Positions 43,859 through 58,000 of a DNA stretch of 64,000 nucleotides are shown one piece after another; within the stretch, counting starts at the first letter, position 1, and every line of letters begins with the position of its first letter. The translations under genes and the position numbers were made by a program. The notes beneath the pieces were generated by a model. The model had not been told where the DNA came from. It searched no databases and worked only from the letters and a program-made list of their open reading frames with translations. Source of the DNA: Eledone cirrhosa (lineage: Eukaryota); assembly GCA_964016885.1 (NCBI GenBank), contig OZ024760.1, positions 3,596,001 through 3,660,000 on the forward strand, given 5' to 3'.

Positions 43859-45163
43859 CATATATACATACATACACACATATATTTATACACACATATA
43901 CACATACACACATACATACACACACAAATATACATACATACACACACACACATACACATACACACACCTGAAGAGGCACATTATTTCCTCTAGGCTACCA
44001 CGCCAATTAATTAAGGTGAGTGGAGGACGTCAGAAGTATCTAGCCCTTCCCCCACCCCTGGGCACTGAGCACTTTTACTATGTCACCAAACACACACACA
44101 CACAAACACACACATACATATATATATATGTTGTTTAGCCCCTGGTTAGCCCTGACCTAGAAGACGTATGATCGAAGGTGTTTCAACCAAGGACATCCAA
44201 TAGGTGGTCGTTCACCTTCTTCAAGATGTCAGTAGGGTGTGGGGTTAAGGGAGTGATGTGGCTGCTATTTCTAGCTAGCAGGTCAAGCAACTATGTAGAA
44301 GCTCCTTGGCTGGCAATGTGTGTTTCTGTGTGTGTGTGTGTATTTGTTGCATGTGTGTTTTAGTGTATTCATTTGTTTGCTTGTATGTGTGTGTGTTGTA
44401 TCTTTAGCCTCGTGCCAACGTCAAAAAAATCAATAAGAAACGACACTCACACACATACACACAAACACACATTTACCCGTGCACACACACCCTTCACGCA
44501 AATACACGCATGCACATACATCACATCACATGTAACGGTAATGGAATGTTTCTGACCAAATTTCACGTGCTCTGCACGACAGTGGAAGGAAGGGGGTGGT
44601 GTTGTATGCAGGCAGTCAGACAAGCAAGGCATGGAGCGTCAGACAGACCAGCAAAGCATGGTGTGACAGGCAGCCAGGCGAACAGACAGACAGACCAGCA
44701 AAGCGTGGTGCGATAGGCAGCCAGGCGGTCAGACAGACTGGCAGACAGACAAGCAAAGAAGCGTGGTAAGACAGGCAGGCAGACAGGCGGACAGACAGAT
44801 AGGCAAGGCAAAAGTGAAAGTAGAATGGCGGGAACGAGATGAGTGACACCGAACTGTCACGATTGGTGGAATAAGTCACATTGTTTGTTATTTTTTTATT
44901 TTTCCCCCTCTTCTCATTTGGCTGGTTTACGAGTTGTTTACAAATAATATTTAGTCGTACGAACCATAACACATACACACACGCGTGTGTGCATGAAAAT
45001 GTGAGGGTCCCAAATGCAGAAAATAAGTGAATGACTATTAATGGTAGATGACTATAAATAATAGTTGAGAAAATTAAGTAAAATTATTCTTAGAGACGGA
45101 AATTTTCTCAAATATACATTTGGGAAACACTTCCAACGCTTCAATAATTTATAAGCTTTAAAG

Positions 45164-45226
<63 letters not shown>

Positions 45227-45770
45227 TAGTTCCACAACATATTAGCAAACCATCTTCCTAAACTGAGTGCTCTGCTTACTACGGATATAACCTCCAAGTG
45301 TTCTACCACTATATATATCTTTCTCCTAACTTTATTCTTTCCTGATGAAGGACTAATGTCCGTTACGTTGAGGTATTTCCAACAAGCGTGAAACTAAGAC
45401 GAATATATCTCTGTATTTGTCTTTTTAATCTTCAGCTCTATCTCCCTCTCTCATATGTATGTATATACATATATATACATATATATATGTGTGTGTGTGT
45501 GTTAGCTACATACGTGCCCTGAGGGCCTGCAGTTTTGTGCTTACAAAAACTGATTAAACTAACTCGAGAAGTTCTCATAAGCTCGAAAGTCCAGGCCCTT
45601 GGATCATTGATGTAATTTTGTGGTTATGACAGTGTATATATCACTCTACTCGTGTATCGAGTTTAGATTCTTCCTTTTATGCAACCAACAAGCCCATATA
45701 TATATATATTAATCTCCCCGGTCTCAGCACTGCAGACTCCCCCCTCTCTCTTTTAATATATAAATTTCGA

Positions 45771-45828
45771 ATACCTGATGATGTCACCGGATTCATACTA
45801 AACCCGGTCATTGAAATGTTCATAGTAT
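45771..45828 (+). ncRNA. Type I hammerhead ribozyme motif (third family)
   Basis: atac CTGATGA tgtcaccgg-attcatactaaac-ccggtcatt GAAA t-gttc-a TA^gtat. Confidence 0.55.
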
Positions 45829-46011
45829 AATAAACCTTTAAGGAATTACACCAGTCCAGCCTCCTGGATAATAATTAACTCCGTAATCGCACCACCCACC
45901 AACAACACAAGCGAAGACGGGTGAGTTGCATTACGTCGAGTGCTCTCCCTAATATTACATCAAGGTTGACCATACGGAATGACCAGTTCTATCCAGTGGT
46001 GAACCAACAAA

Positions 46012-46082
<71 letters not shown>

Positions 46083-46179
46083 AATGAGTTATATCCTTTG
46101 TTGATCATTATTCAACAGATTTAAGCCAAAGTAAAAGGCATATATTTCAGGTATATCACTATCTTTTACATTAAACATA

Positions 46180-46235
46180 TTTTATCTGATGAAAGCATAC
46201 CATAATTTGGTATCCTTGAAATACGTATAATAAAA
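46180..46235 (+). ncRNA. Type I hammerhead ribozyme motif (HHR family A)
   Basis: ttttat CTGATGA aag c atacca-taatt-tggtat c ctt GAAA t-acgt-a TA^ataaaa; palindromic stem III tacgta. Confidence 0.8.
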
Positions 46236-46451
46236 ATATATATGATGCTATAGTGATATTTTCCATTTATTACTATTAATAATATTATATATATATATAC
46301 ACAATAAAGAGTCCAGACTGGAACTAGCTGTTGAAACGACAAGAGCTCAACTGTCGGGTCCCGACTCTTTATAATATAACCATCCTTTACTACGCCAAGT
46401 ATCGAGCACTCAGTTGAGTAATGGTCTAACCAGTTTCAAACTAAATCCATC

Positions 46452-46575
<124 letters not shown>

Positions 46576-46984
46576 CACAGACCACTGCCGGATTTAAGAC
46601 AAATGAGGCCCTGTGTTAGTTAAGTTATAAGGCCTCTTACTTGGACCCTAAAGGAGGTAGGTAAAAAATTTGTTTGGCAGGAAGATGGGCCCCCTCTGGC
46701 CAACGGAACTCTGTACTTAAGGAGACCTAACCACAGTGGTAAATCCCGTACTGATACACTATTCTTCTGCACAATTTCCCTCAATGAAATTCTATACACA
46801 GGGAATCGATCTATCCAAAAGATACCTGCGTCATTGCCTAGGATCGAACTCTGGACCATGTGGCTGCGAAGCTATCTTTTCCAACCACTCAGCTATAACT
46901 AAGTACCAGTTTTATACTGAGTTCCTCTGGAAATAATACAAATTCTTGGATTTGTCCCAAAGATACACAAACATCAACATCAGG

Positions 46985-47165
46985 ATGGTGGATTGGTAGT
47001 ATCGGTAGATTGTCGGACACCATGCTTCGTAGCATAGAGTTACAGCCCTTTACATGCTGAATTCAAATCCCGCCGAGGTTAGCTTTGTCTTTCATCCTTT
47101 CGGGGTCGATAAAATAAAGTACCAGTAATGCACTGGCATCGATTTAATCGACTTTACCCTCCCCC
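46985..47165 (+). mobile_element. SINE family A
   Basis: Central domain tttcatcctttcggggtcgataaaataaagtaccag. Confidence 0.8.
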
Positions 47166-47459
47166 ACTATCAATATCACCCCCACCATCACCACCACCAC
47201 CTCCACCGCCACTATTATAGAAATAGTAAACGGCAGCAGCAGCGGTGACGTTAGTGACGTTGTCAGTGACAACGTCACGTTGACAACGTTGGTAACGTTG
47301 AGGCAGGAGAGGGGAAGAGGGGTGGAAGAGGAGAGGAAATTGATGTGATGACAGGGAGTGAGGAAGGAGGAGGCGGGAAGGATTAAGAATTGTGAAGAGT
47401 GGTATGAGGTGAAATACTGTTGCTGATGGTGATGATTGAGAATAGAGTAGTTGTAGCAT

Positions 47460-48022
47460 GAGGTGATGTAATGGTGGAGTTTGGTTGTGTTGATGGTGGC
47501 GGTGGGTGGTGATGGTCGTGGTGGTGGTGGTGGTGGTAGTGTTAATGATAAGGGTGGTGGTGATGGTGTTGGTGGTGTTGGTGGAGGTGGTGTTGGTAGT
47601 GTTAATGATAAGGGTGATGGTGTTGGTGGTAGTGGTGGTGTTGGTGGTGCTGATGGTGGTGGTGGTGTTGGTAGTGTTAATGATAAGAGTGGTGGTGTTG
47701 GTGGTAGTGTTGATGGTAGTGGTGGTGTTGGTGGTAGTGTTGATGGTAGTGGTGGTATTGGTGGTAGTGTTAATGTTAGTGGTGATGATGGTGTTAACGA
47801 TAATAGTAGTGGCGGGAGTGTTGATGATGATGATGGTGGCAGTGGTAGCTGATGATGCGAAGGATGGTGGTGGTGGCGGTAATGGTATTAGTGATACTAA
47901 TGGTTGTTAACTATAGTTGTGATGATGTTGTTGGTGGTAATGGTAGTAGTGGTGGAAGTGGAGAAAGTAGTGAAGTAGAAGTAGTAGTAATAGTGGTAGT
48001 AGATGTAGTAGTAGTAGTGGTG

Positions 48023-48096
<74 letters not shown>

Positions 48097-48097
48097 G

Positions 48098-48132
<35 letters not shown>

Positions 48133-48400
48133 GGTAGTGGTGGTGGTAGTGGTAGTGGTGGTGGTGGTGGTGGTAGTAGTAGTTGTAGTAGTAGTCGTGG
48201 TGGTAATAGTAGTAGTAGTAATAGCTATAGCAAATGTAGAGGTGGTAGTATTATAGTGGTAGTGGTGGTGGTATTGATGGTTGTGACAGTATTGGCGTTG
48301 GGTAGTGGTGGTGTGTGGGCGGTGTTGATTGTAATAGTATCGGTGGTTGTGATGGTATTAACAGTGATGATGGTAGTGGTGGTGGTGGTGGTGGGGTGGT
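47460..48400. repeat. Degenerate (GGT/AGT)n low-complexity tract
   Basis: Direct inspection. Confidence 0.85.
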
Positions 48401-49514
48401 GGGGTATTCCGCCCCTCCCCCTTATTCATGTTTTCCCCCATCTTGAAATTGCATGAGTAACACCCCCGCCCAGCGCCACCCCAATCTCACAAACAGTATA
48501 CAGCCCGCCCCCACCTCCACCCCAGATATACACCCCACCCTTACCCCCACACACGCACGCTTCTGTCAGCACGTGACATTCGATAACATAAATCAATGGA
48601 ACTGTACGCGCGCGAATGCATGTGTATGTATATATATATGTGTGTGTGTGTGTAAGTATGTTTGTAAATATATGTGTGTGTGTGTGTGTAAGTATGTTTG
48701 TAAATATATATATGTATATATATGTGTGTGTGTGTAAGTATGTTTGTAAATATATATATATGTATATGTGTGTGTGTGTGTGTGTGTACGTATATGCAAG
48801 TTTGTAAATATATATATGTATATGTGTGTGTGTGAGTCTGTGTATATGCATATTTGTATGTATATATATATATATATATGTGTGTGTGTATGTATATGCA
48901 TGTTTGTAAATATATATATATGTCTGTGTGTGTGTATGCATGTTTGTATGTATATATGTGTGTATATATATGTGTGTGTGTGTGTGTATGAATATTTGAA
49001 TATATATATATATATGTGTGTATGCATGTTTGAGTATATATATATATATATGTGTGTGTGTGTATGTATGTATGCATGCTTGTGTGTGTGTCTATGCGTG
49101 TTTGTATGTATATATGTGTTTGTGTCTGTTTATAAATATATATATTATTTAGCACGGAACTCTTGAGCACAGTCGCGTTTTCAATATGACCCCCCCCCCC
49201 CCCCCCTTCGTACACGCAGAAAATATAATTTACACTATTTTTATACGTATTGAGTACGTATTCGGTTAATGTTTGAATGTTTTAAGTACTATGGTAATTT
49301 TGATACCCATTGTACTATGTATGTGTGTGTGAATTTGCCTTTATATACACTACTCTCTCTCTCTGTGTGTTGTGTGTGTTTATGAAATTCTAGAAAACCA
49401 AAACCCAATCTAAGACTCCCAAACACCCGAACATAATTCAAAATGTGATCAGTTCTGTAAGAGTTTGCAAGATTTTTGTAAAGTTTACCGTTCGTCAATA
49501 ACTATATCGTATTC

Positions 49515-49568
<54 letters not shown>

Positions 49569-49571
49569 TAT

Positions 49572-49742
49572 CAGACCTGTCAACTCTCCTCGTCCGACGG
49601 GAAGATCTACCTACTTTGGGTGGATAGTGAAAGCGGGTATAGGCTTTCATTATGTAAAATCTCCCCATTTTCCCTCATTTATCCTCGTTTTGGGGGCACT
49701 TTTTTCATGGTTCTCCGCGTTTCGTTTTTAGAGGTTGGCAAG

Positions 49743-49746
<4 letters not shown>
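49572..49746. mobile_element. About 175-bp MITE inside a (TA)n tract
   Basis: TIRs cagacctgtcaact / ggttggcaagtctg (reverse complement cagacttgccaacc). Confidence 0.6.
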
Positions 49747-49838
<92 letters not shown>

Positions 49839-49899
49839 CCGGTCCTGGCATTGATAAATATAGTGGGTCCGTCAACTCCTCATCATTATATATATATAA

Positions 49900-50088
49900 G
49901 GCGGTGGATTGGCAGTATAGCTAGAGGGTCGGACACCAAGCTTTGACGCATAGAGTTACGCCCCTTGCCATTCTGAGTTCAAATCGCGCCGAAGTTGACT
50001 TTGCCTTTCATCCTTACGGGGTCGATAAAATAAAGTACCAGTAATGTACTGGTGTAATTGCTGGCCTTGTGCCAAAAGTAGAAACAAT
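49900..50088 (+). mobile_element. SINE family A, full length
   Basis: ggcggtggattggcagtata...gagttcaaatcg...gtgccaaaagtagaaacaatt. Confidence 0.85.
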
Positions 50089-50119
<31 letters not shown>

Positions 50120-50338
50120 TATATATATACATACATATATACAGAGAAAGAGGGGTAGATAGAAAGATAAATAGGTGTTCTTTAAAAACTATCGATTGAT
50201 AGAGAGTTGTTTGTTAAGTAACCGGCTTTTAGAAGAGGGGAGAAAGAAAGAAAGAAAGCATGTATTGAAAGATGAGGAAGAGAGGGAGAAGTATTGGCAC
50301 ACTGTGACGGAATGCCATTCTTACACATACACACACGT

Positions 50339-50420
<82 letters not shown>

Positions 50421-50654
50421 CATTCATCCATGTATACATACACACATATATATATATATTCTTTCATACATATATACATACACACACACATATATATTAC
50501 ACACACACGGCTTTACATGCATATATACATATATTCATTCATACATGTATTACATGTATATATGCATACATATTTATATATATACGTGCACACATACACA
50601 CATGCATATATTCATTCATACATGCTCATATACACACAAACATTTACATACATG

Positions 50655-50700
<46 letters not shown>

Positions 50701-50749
50701 GGAAAACAATAAATATGATATTCCCCATATGATTTTCCTACAATAAACG

Positions 50750-51000
50750 TTTACCACGAATACGTCGGTTGCGACGATGAGCATTATCAGTTGTTCGATC
50801 AATGGAACAGGCTACTTGTGAAATTAACGTGCAAGTGGTTGAGTATACCATGGACACGTACGTGTACCCTTAGCATAGTTCTCAGGGAGATTCAGCGTGA
50901 CAGTGTGTGATAAAGCCGGCACTTTGAATTTTCAGACATAATTGAAAGTTTTGTCAGCTGAGAGAAGCGGAGCAAAGTGAAATGAAATGTCTTGCTGAAG
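50750..51000 (-). mobile_element. SINE family B 3' part
   Basis: Homologous to 17455-17660 (gtgaaattaac...gggagattcag.gtgaca...gtcttgct). Confidence 0.7.
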
Positions 51001-52559
51001 GAAATCAGTGTTACGAATGTAAACCGGATACCCTAGTAAAGAGGTCACACTTCTCATATATGGTACACACACATACACAAGAGTACTAACCCTCCTCCGT
51101 CTACTAAAGAAACATACACATCCGTCTTCATATACACACATACATACATCTACATATGTACACGTATATCCACACTTACACATACATACATCTACATATA
51201 TCCACACATACACATAACCACCTCTACACATACATCTACATATATACTCTGATGCTAGCACACTCATATATTCATATACACAACTACATATACACACTGC
51301 TTAATATATCCCAGCACACTGATATATATACACATTAGCTCATATATTCTTATATACACCTACATATATATGTACACCTACATATATACTGCCTCATATA
51401 TTTCAGCACACTGATATATATACACCTACATATATATATACACCTATATATATACACTGCCTCATATATTCCCAAGTCCCCCGGTACTCTCTTGATTCCA
51501 AACAAAGCAGCCTTGTCACTCTAGTGACCGGCTGGAATTGGGTGAAGACTAACTGAAATACACACACACACACACACACTCTCTCTCTCACACACACACG
51601 CATATATATATACATTTACATATATATACACACACATACATACACACATACATATATATATATATATACATACACACACACATATACAAAGTTATGCATG
51701 CACTAACTATATACACACGAATAGATACAGAAACATACAGGTCCACACATGCAATGACATCCATACTTAGCTAACCCCCCACCACCACCACACACACATA
51801 CACCCTACCTACACACATACACACCCTACACCCCCTACCCACACACATCCCTTACCCACACACACACACACACACACACGCCCTACCTACACACACACCC
51901 TACCTACACACACATACCCTACCTACACACACCCTACCTACACACACATACCCTACCTACACACACGCCCTCCCTACACACACACACCCTACCTACCCTC
52001 ACACCCTACCCACACACACACACACCCTACACACACACACAATTACCTAGTTGATGTTTTCAAAATTCCAATGACAGAACAGTTTCTGGGTTAGAAACCG
52101 GCTCTCCTTTCTCTATTTGCGAGAACATTTTTGTTTAAATAAAGCCTGAACATATATATAATAATACGTATACATACCTCTCAATACATACATATATACA
52201 TACATGCATATATACTTATATACGTACATACAAATATGATGGCTGCCCCCTCGTTATCGAGTATAGTCATTGCACGATATACCATTATTAATAATTATTA
52301 ATTAATTCTATTGTGCAATGCCTGTGCGTGAAGATATTTTTTAAAGTGAGGAAAACCATACAAATATACATACATCCCAATACATACATGCATTTATATT
52401 TACATACAAACATACATTCTTATGTACACATACACACACATTCATGCATACATACACACAACTCTACAAACACCATACATATATATATGCATACACACAC
52501 ATATATATACATACACACATCTACAAACACACAGATAGACACACTACTATATATACATA

Positions 52560-52660
<101 letters not shown>

Positions 52661-53807
52661 CAGACAAACGTTAACTGAATTAGTTAACATTTAATATAGA
52701 ATATATTCTTTGCAAAGAAAAGTTTGACTGTGACTTCGAAGTTTTGCCTGTGGTCGGCTTAATGCATGAATAAACTAGGAGCTTAGCAGAGAGGCTCCAC
52801 GTGATGGGTCGAGCTACTAGAAATAGTAGCTACATAATGCATTTCTATGTAAGCATGTATACATATATATATATATATATAATATAATATAAGTCCCACA
52901 AACTGTAGAGTGCTTCTTATCCGATATCTGCATTGCTTTATTGTACTACAATAAAACTCACCTCCTACATATATATATATATATATATGTGCAAATGCGC
53001 ACATCTATAATTTTATAATATATATGCGGTATGTTCGTGTATGAATGTATGTATGTATGCATGCATGTATGTATCTATGTATGTATGTGGTTGTGTATAT
53101 ATATATGCATGTATGTATGTATGCCTGCTTGTATGTATGTATGTATGTGTGTGTATCTATGTATGCATGTATGTACGTGTGTATCTATGTATGTGTGTAT
53201 CTATCCATGTATGTATGCACGTATGTATAAATTAACCCTATGTTGCAATATGTGCGTGTGCGCGGTGAAAAGATATGCAACTCTATATTGTACAGTTCTA
53301 GATAAGCATGCACGCGCGCACACGTACACACACTCACACACGCTCACATCAGGCAATTCCCCCTCCCCCAATCACCAAACCTTTCCCTATCCCACCCTTT
53401 GCGGATAAATCACGTGAATTTATCCCTAACCACGAGGAAGTAATTTTTGCGTTAACCACCCCTCCCCCTTTTGCATTCTATTGTATAGCTGTAACTATAG
53501 TAACTATAGCGACTGCTGGACACACACACATACACATACACACACACATACACAGATGAGGCAACGAGGAAAAACCTCTCATATGGTTGCTCAATCTGCT
53601 TGAAATAGCAGCGAAATTTCTTCCAATCCCACCCTTTCCATTTTAGAAAGGAACAGGACGTTATTTAGCCTTAGGCCAGCTCTCTGGTCAAATGACCTAT
53701 AATAAAAGTCGTCCTAGTTATGACCACTGCATCTCTTCACAGTTTTATTCTATATTATCTAATAAATCCTTCATAATTCTTTTCAAACTCACTAGTGTGT
53801 GATTTAA

Positions 53808-53958
53808 GGCAGCAGGCTTGTTAGAACGTCAGAAAGAATACTTTGCGGCATTAGTTCTGGCTTTCTGCGCTCTGAGTTCAAATCCCACCTGAGCCAACTT
53901 TGCTTTTTATCCTTTCGAGATCGATAAAAATGTATCAGTCCAGTATTGGGATCGATTC
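53808..53958 (+). mobile_element. SINE family A, diverged
   Basis: ctgagttcaaatccc...actttgctttttatcctttcgagatcgataaa. Confidence 0.7.
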
Positions 53959-54494
53959 TTCCTCTATATCTCTTTCTCCTTCTCTGGAAGAAATTGGTTG
54001 GAGAGGGAATAGACCCCAAAATGCCGTATTATGACACCCTTGTGACATAGTGAATAGTTTCGGGTCCATACTCACATACAGTGTGTGAATTGCCAGAGAT
54101 TAGGCTGCAGTTTCTAGCGAGTTGTGTGACCATCAATAGGTCTCCGTTGTTAGCTTAAGACGGATAGATTAGATAATGTGGTCGACGCGAAGTAGAATAC
54201 GGGATGGTCACGGCTGGAATGTCCTTGACCAGAGGCTTGCTCAATAGGGGATTACGTGGAGCTCAACAACAAACACATACACACATACATACGTTCACAC
54301 AAACATAAATATACATATACATACATACAGTCACATACACACAAGTAAATACATACATATACACACACACACACACACTTTCATACACACGTCATCACAC
54401 ATACATACACATATCCTTCTCTAGATCAGAACAGCCGAATTCTTCCAGTAAAGAAGAAAGGGGAGAAAGAGGGGGGGGGTGATATAGAGAAAGA

Positions 54495-54618
54495 ATCGAC
54501 CACAGTACGTGACTGGTACGTTTTTTTGATGACTTTGAAAGGATGAAAAGCAAACTTGACTTCGGTGGGATTTGAACTCAGAGGGTGCAAAGAGCCGGAA
54601 CGAACACCGCCAAGCATT
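54495..54618 (-). mobile_element. SINE family A, diverged
   Basis: gactggtac...aaggatgaaaagcaaacttgacttcggtgggatttgaactcag. Confidence 0.7.
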
Positions 54619-54619
54619 T

Positions 54620-55051
54620 CTATCTGTCTCTTCTATAAGAGGCTAGACAACATACGTTCTAATCAAGACAGATGCAATCTGGAAGCTAGGTACTGTGTCC
54701 AAGAAGTAATATAATTGTTTCTACTTTACAAGGCCAGCAATTATCCCAGTACATTACTGGTACTTTATTTTATCGACCCCCTAAGGATGAAAGGCAAATT
54801 GAACCTCGGCGGGATTTGAACTCAGACTATAAAGAGGCGTAACTCTATGCTGCAAAGCATGGCGTCCGACCTTCTACCGATACTGCCAATCCACCTCCAA
54901 GAAGTAATATATTACAGAAGAGTAAGGCCTTCGCGTCCTCCGTTAGGATAGTTCACAAGTTTGGATTAGCTCTGTTGTATTCCATGAGGGGACGAAATTA
55001 TTTACTTTGAAGCAAAGGTTCTTAGTACTGAACCGTGTTATCGCTCTACAC
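54620..55051 (-). pseudogene. Decayed Tx1/L1-like LINE ORF2 fragments interrupted by a SINE
   Basis: Minus reads ...DCQRYV*SDNTVQY (decayed CxxC-x4-ETxxH), then ELS*RR...SSVIYY and LERMLSSLL*K (post-RT region). Confidence 0.55.
54714..54895 (-). mobile_element. SINE family A with a 16-bp target site duplication
   Basis: TSD tccaagaagtaatata at 54698-54713 and 54896-54911. Confidence 0.9.
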
Positions 55052-58000
55052 GTATCTCTGACAATCCCGGTTGGTGAACTCTCGTGTCTATAGAGTTTAT
55101 CTCAAACCTGTAGTGGCTGCAGGTATCTCTGACAATCCCGTTGGTTGAACTCTCGTGTCTATAGAGTTTATCTCAAACCTGTAGTGGCTGCAGGTATCTC
55201 TGACAATCCCGTTGGTTGAACTCTCGTGTCTATAGAGTTTATCTCAAACCTGTAGTGGCTGCAGGTATCTCTGACAATCCCGTTGGTTGAACTCTCGTGT
55301 CTATAGAGTTTATCTCAAACCTGTAATGGCTGCAGGTATCTCTGACAATCCCGGTTGGTTGAACTCTCGTGTCTATAGAGTATATCTCAAACCTGTAGTG
55401 GCTGCAGGTATCTCTGACAATCCGGGTTGGTTGAACTCTCGTGTCTATAGAGTTTATCTCAAACTGGTAGTGGCTGCATGTATCTCTGACAATCCCGGTT
55501 GGTTGAACTCTCGTGTCTATAGAGTATATCTCAAACCTGTAGTGGCTGCAGGTATCTCTGACAATCCCGGTTGGTTGAACTCTCGTGTCTATAGAGTATA
55601 TCTCAAACCTGTAGTGGCTGCAGGTATCTCTGACAATCCCGGTTGGTTGAACTCTCGTGTCTATAGAGTATATCTCAAACCTGTAGTGGCTGCAGGTATC
55701 TCTGACAATCCCGGTTGGTTGAACTCTCGTGTCTATAGAGTATATCTCAAACCTGTAGTGGCTGCAGGTATCTCTGACAATCATGGTTGGTTGAACTCTC
55801 GTGTCTATAGAGTATATCTCAAACCTGTAGTGGCTGCAGGTATCTCTGACAATCCCGGTTGGTTGAACTCTCGTGTCTATAGAGTATATCTCAAACCTGT
55901 AGTGGCTGCAGGTATCTCTGACAATCCCGGTTGGTTGAACTCTCGTGTCTATAGAGTATATCTCAAACCTGTAGTGGCTGCAGGTATCTCTGACAATCCC
56001 GGTTGGTTGAACTCTCGTGTCTATAGAGTATATCTCAAACCTGTAGTGGCTGCAGGTATCTCTGACAATCCCGGTTGGTTGAACTCTCGTGTCTATAGAG
56101 TATATCTCAAACCTGTAGTGGCTGCAGGTATCTCTGACAATGCCGGTTGGTTGAACTCTCGTGTCGATAGAGTTTATCTCAAACCTGTAATGGCTGCAGG
56201 TATCTCTGACAATCTCGTTGGTTGAACTCTCGTGTCTATAGAGTTTATCTCAAACCGGTAGTGGCTGCAGGTATCTCTGACAATCCCGGTTGGTTGAACT
56301 CTCGTGTCTATAGAGTTTATCTCAAACCGGTAGTGGCTGCAGGTATCTCTGACAATCCCGTTGGTTGAACTCTCGTGTATATAGAGTTTATCTCAAACCG
56401 GTAGTGGCTGCAGGTATCTCTGACAATCCCGTTGGTTGAACTCTCGTGTCTATAGAGTTTATCTCAAACCGGTAGTGGCTGCAAGTATCTCTGACAATCC
56501 CGTTGGTTGAACTCTCGTGTCTATAGAGTTTATCTCAAACCTGTAATGGCTGCAGGTATCTCTGACAATCTCGTTGGTTGAACTCTCGTGTCTATAGAGT
56601 TTATCTCAAACCTGTAATGGCTGCAGGTATCTCTGACAATCTCGTTGGTTGAACTCTCGTGTCTATAGAGTTTATCTCAAACCGGTAGTGGCTGCAGGTA
56701 TCTCTGACAATCCCGGTTGGTTGAACTCTCGTGTCTATAGAGTTTATCTCAAACCGGTAGTGGCTGCAGGTATCTCTGACAATCCCGTTGGTTGAACTCT
56801 CGTGTCTATAGAGTTTATCTCAAACCGGTAGTGGCTGCAGGTATCTCTGACAATCCCGTTGGTTGAACTCTCGTGTCTATAGAGTTTATCTCAAACCGGT
56901 AGTGGCTGCAAGTATCTCTGACAATCCCGTTGGTTGAACTCTCGTGTCTATAGAGTTTATCTCAAACCTGTAATGGCTGCAGGTATCTCTGACAATCCCG
57001 TTGGTTGAACTCTCGTGTCTATAGAGTTTATCTCAAACCTGTAATGGCTGCAGGTATCTCTGACAATCCCGTTGGTTGAACTCTCGTGTCTATAGAGTTT
57101 ATCTCAAACTGGTAGTGGCTGCAGGTATCTCTGACAATCCCGTTGGTTGAACTCTCGTGTCTATAGAGTTTATCTCAAACTGGTAGTGGCTGCAGGTATC
57201 TCTGACAATCCCGGTTGGTTGAACTCTCGTGTCTATAGAGTTTATCTCAAACTGGTAGTGGCTGCAGGTATCTCTGACAATCCCGTTGGTTGAACTCTCG
57301 TGTCTATAGAGTTTATCTCAAACCGGTAGTGGCTGCAGGTATCTCTGACAATCCCGTTGGTTGAACTCTCGTGTCTATAGAGTTTATCTCAAACTGGTAG
57401 TGGCTGCAGGTATCTCTGACAATCCCGGTTGGTTGAACTCTCGTGTCTATAGAGTTTATCTCAAACCTGTAGTGGCTGCAGGTATCTCTGACAATGCCGG
57501 TTGGTTGAACTCTCGTGTCTATAGAGTTTATCTCAAACCTGTAATGGCTGCAGGTATCTCTGACAATCTCGTTGGTTGAACTCTCGTGTCTATAGAGTTT
57601 ATCTCAAACCGGTAGTGGCTGCAGGTATCTCTGACAATCCCGGTTGGTTGAACTCTCGTGTCTATAGAGTTTATCTCAAACCGGTAGTGGCTGCAGGTAT
57701 CTCTGACAATCCCGTTGGTTGAACTCTCGTGTCTATAGAGTTTATCTCAAACCGGTAGTGGCTGCAGGTATCTCTGACAATCCCGTTGGTTGAACTCTCG
57801 TGTCTATAGAGTTTATCTCAAACCGGTAGTGGCTGCAAGTATCTCTGACAATCCCGTTGGTTGAACTCTCGTGTCTATAGAGTTTATCTCAAACCTGTAA
57901 TGGCTGCAGGTATCTCTGACAATCCCGTTGGTTGAACTCTCGTGTCTATAGAGTTTATCTCAAACCTGTAATGGCTGCAGGTATCTCTGACAATCCCGTT

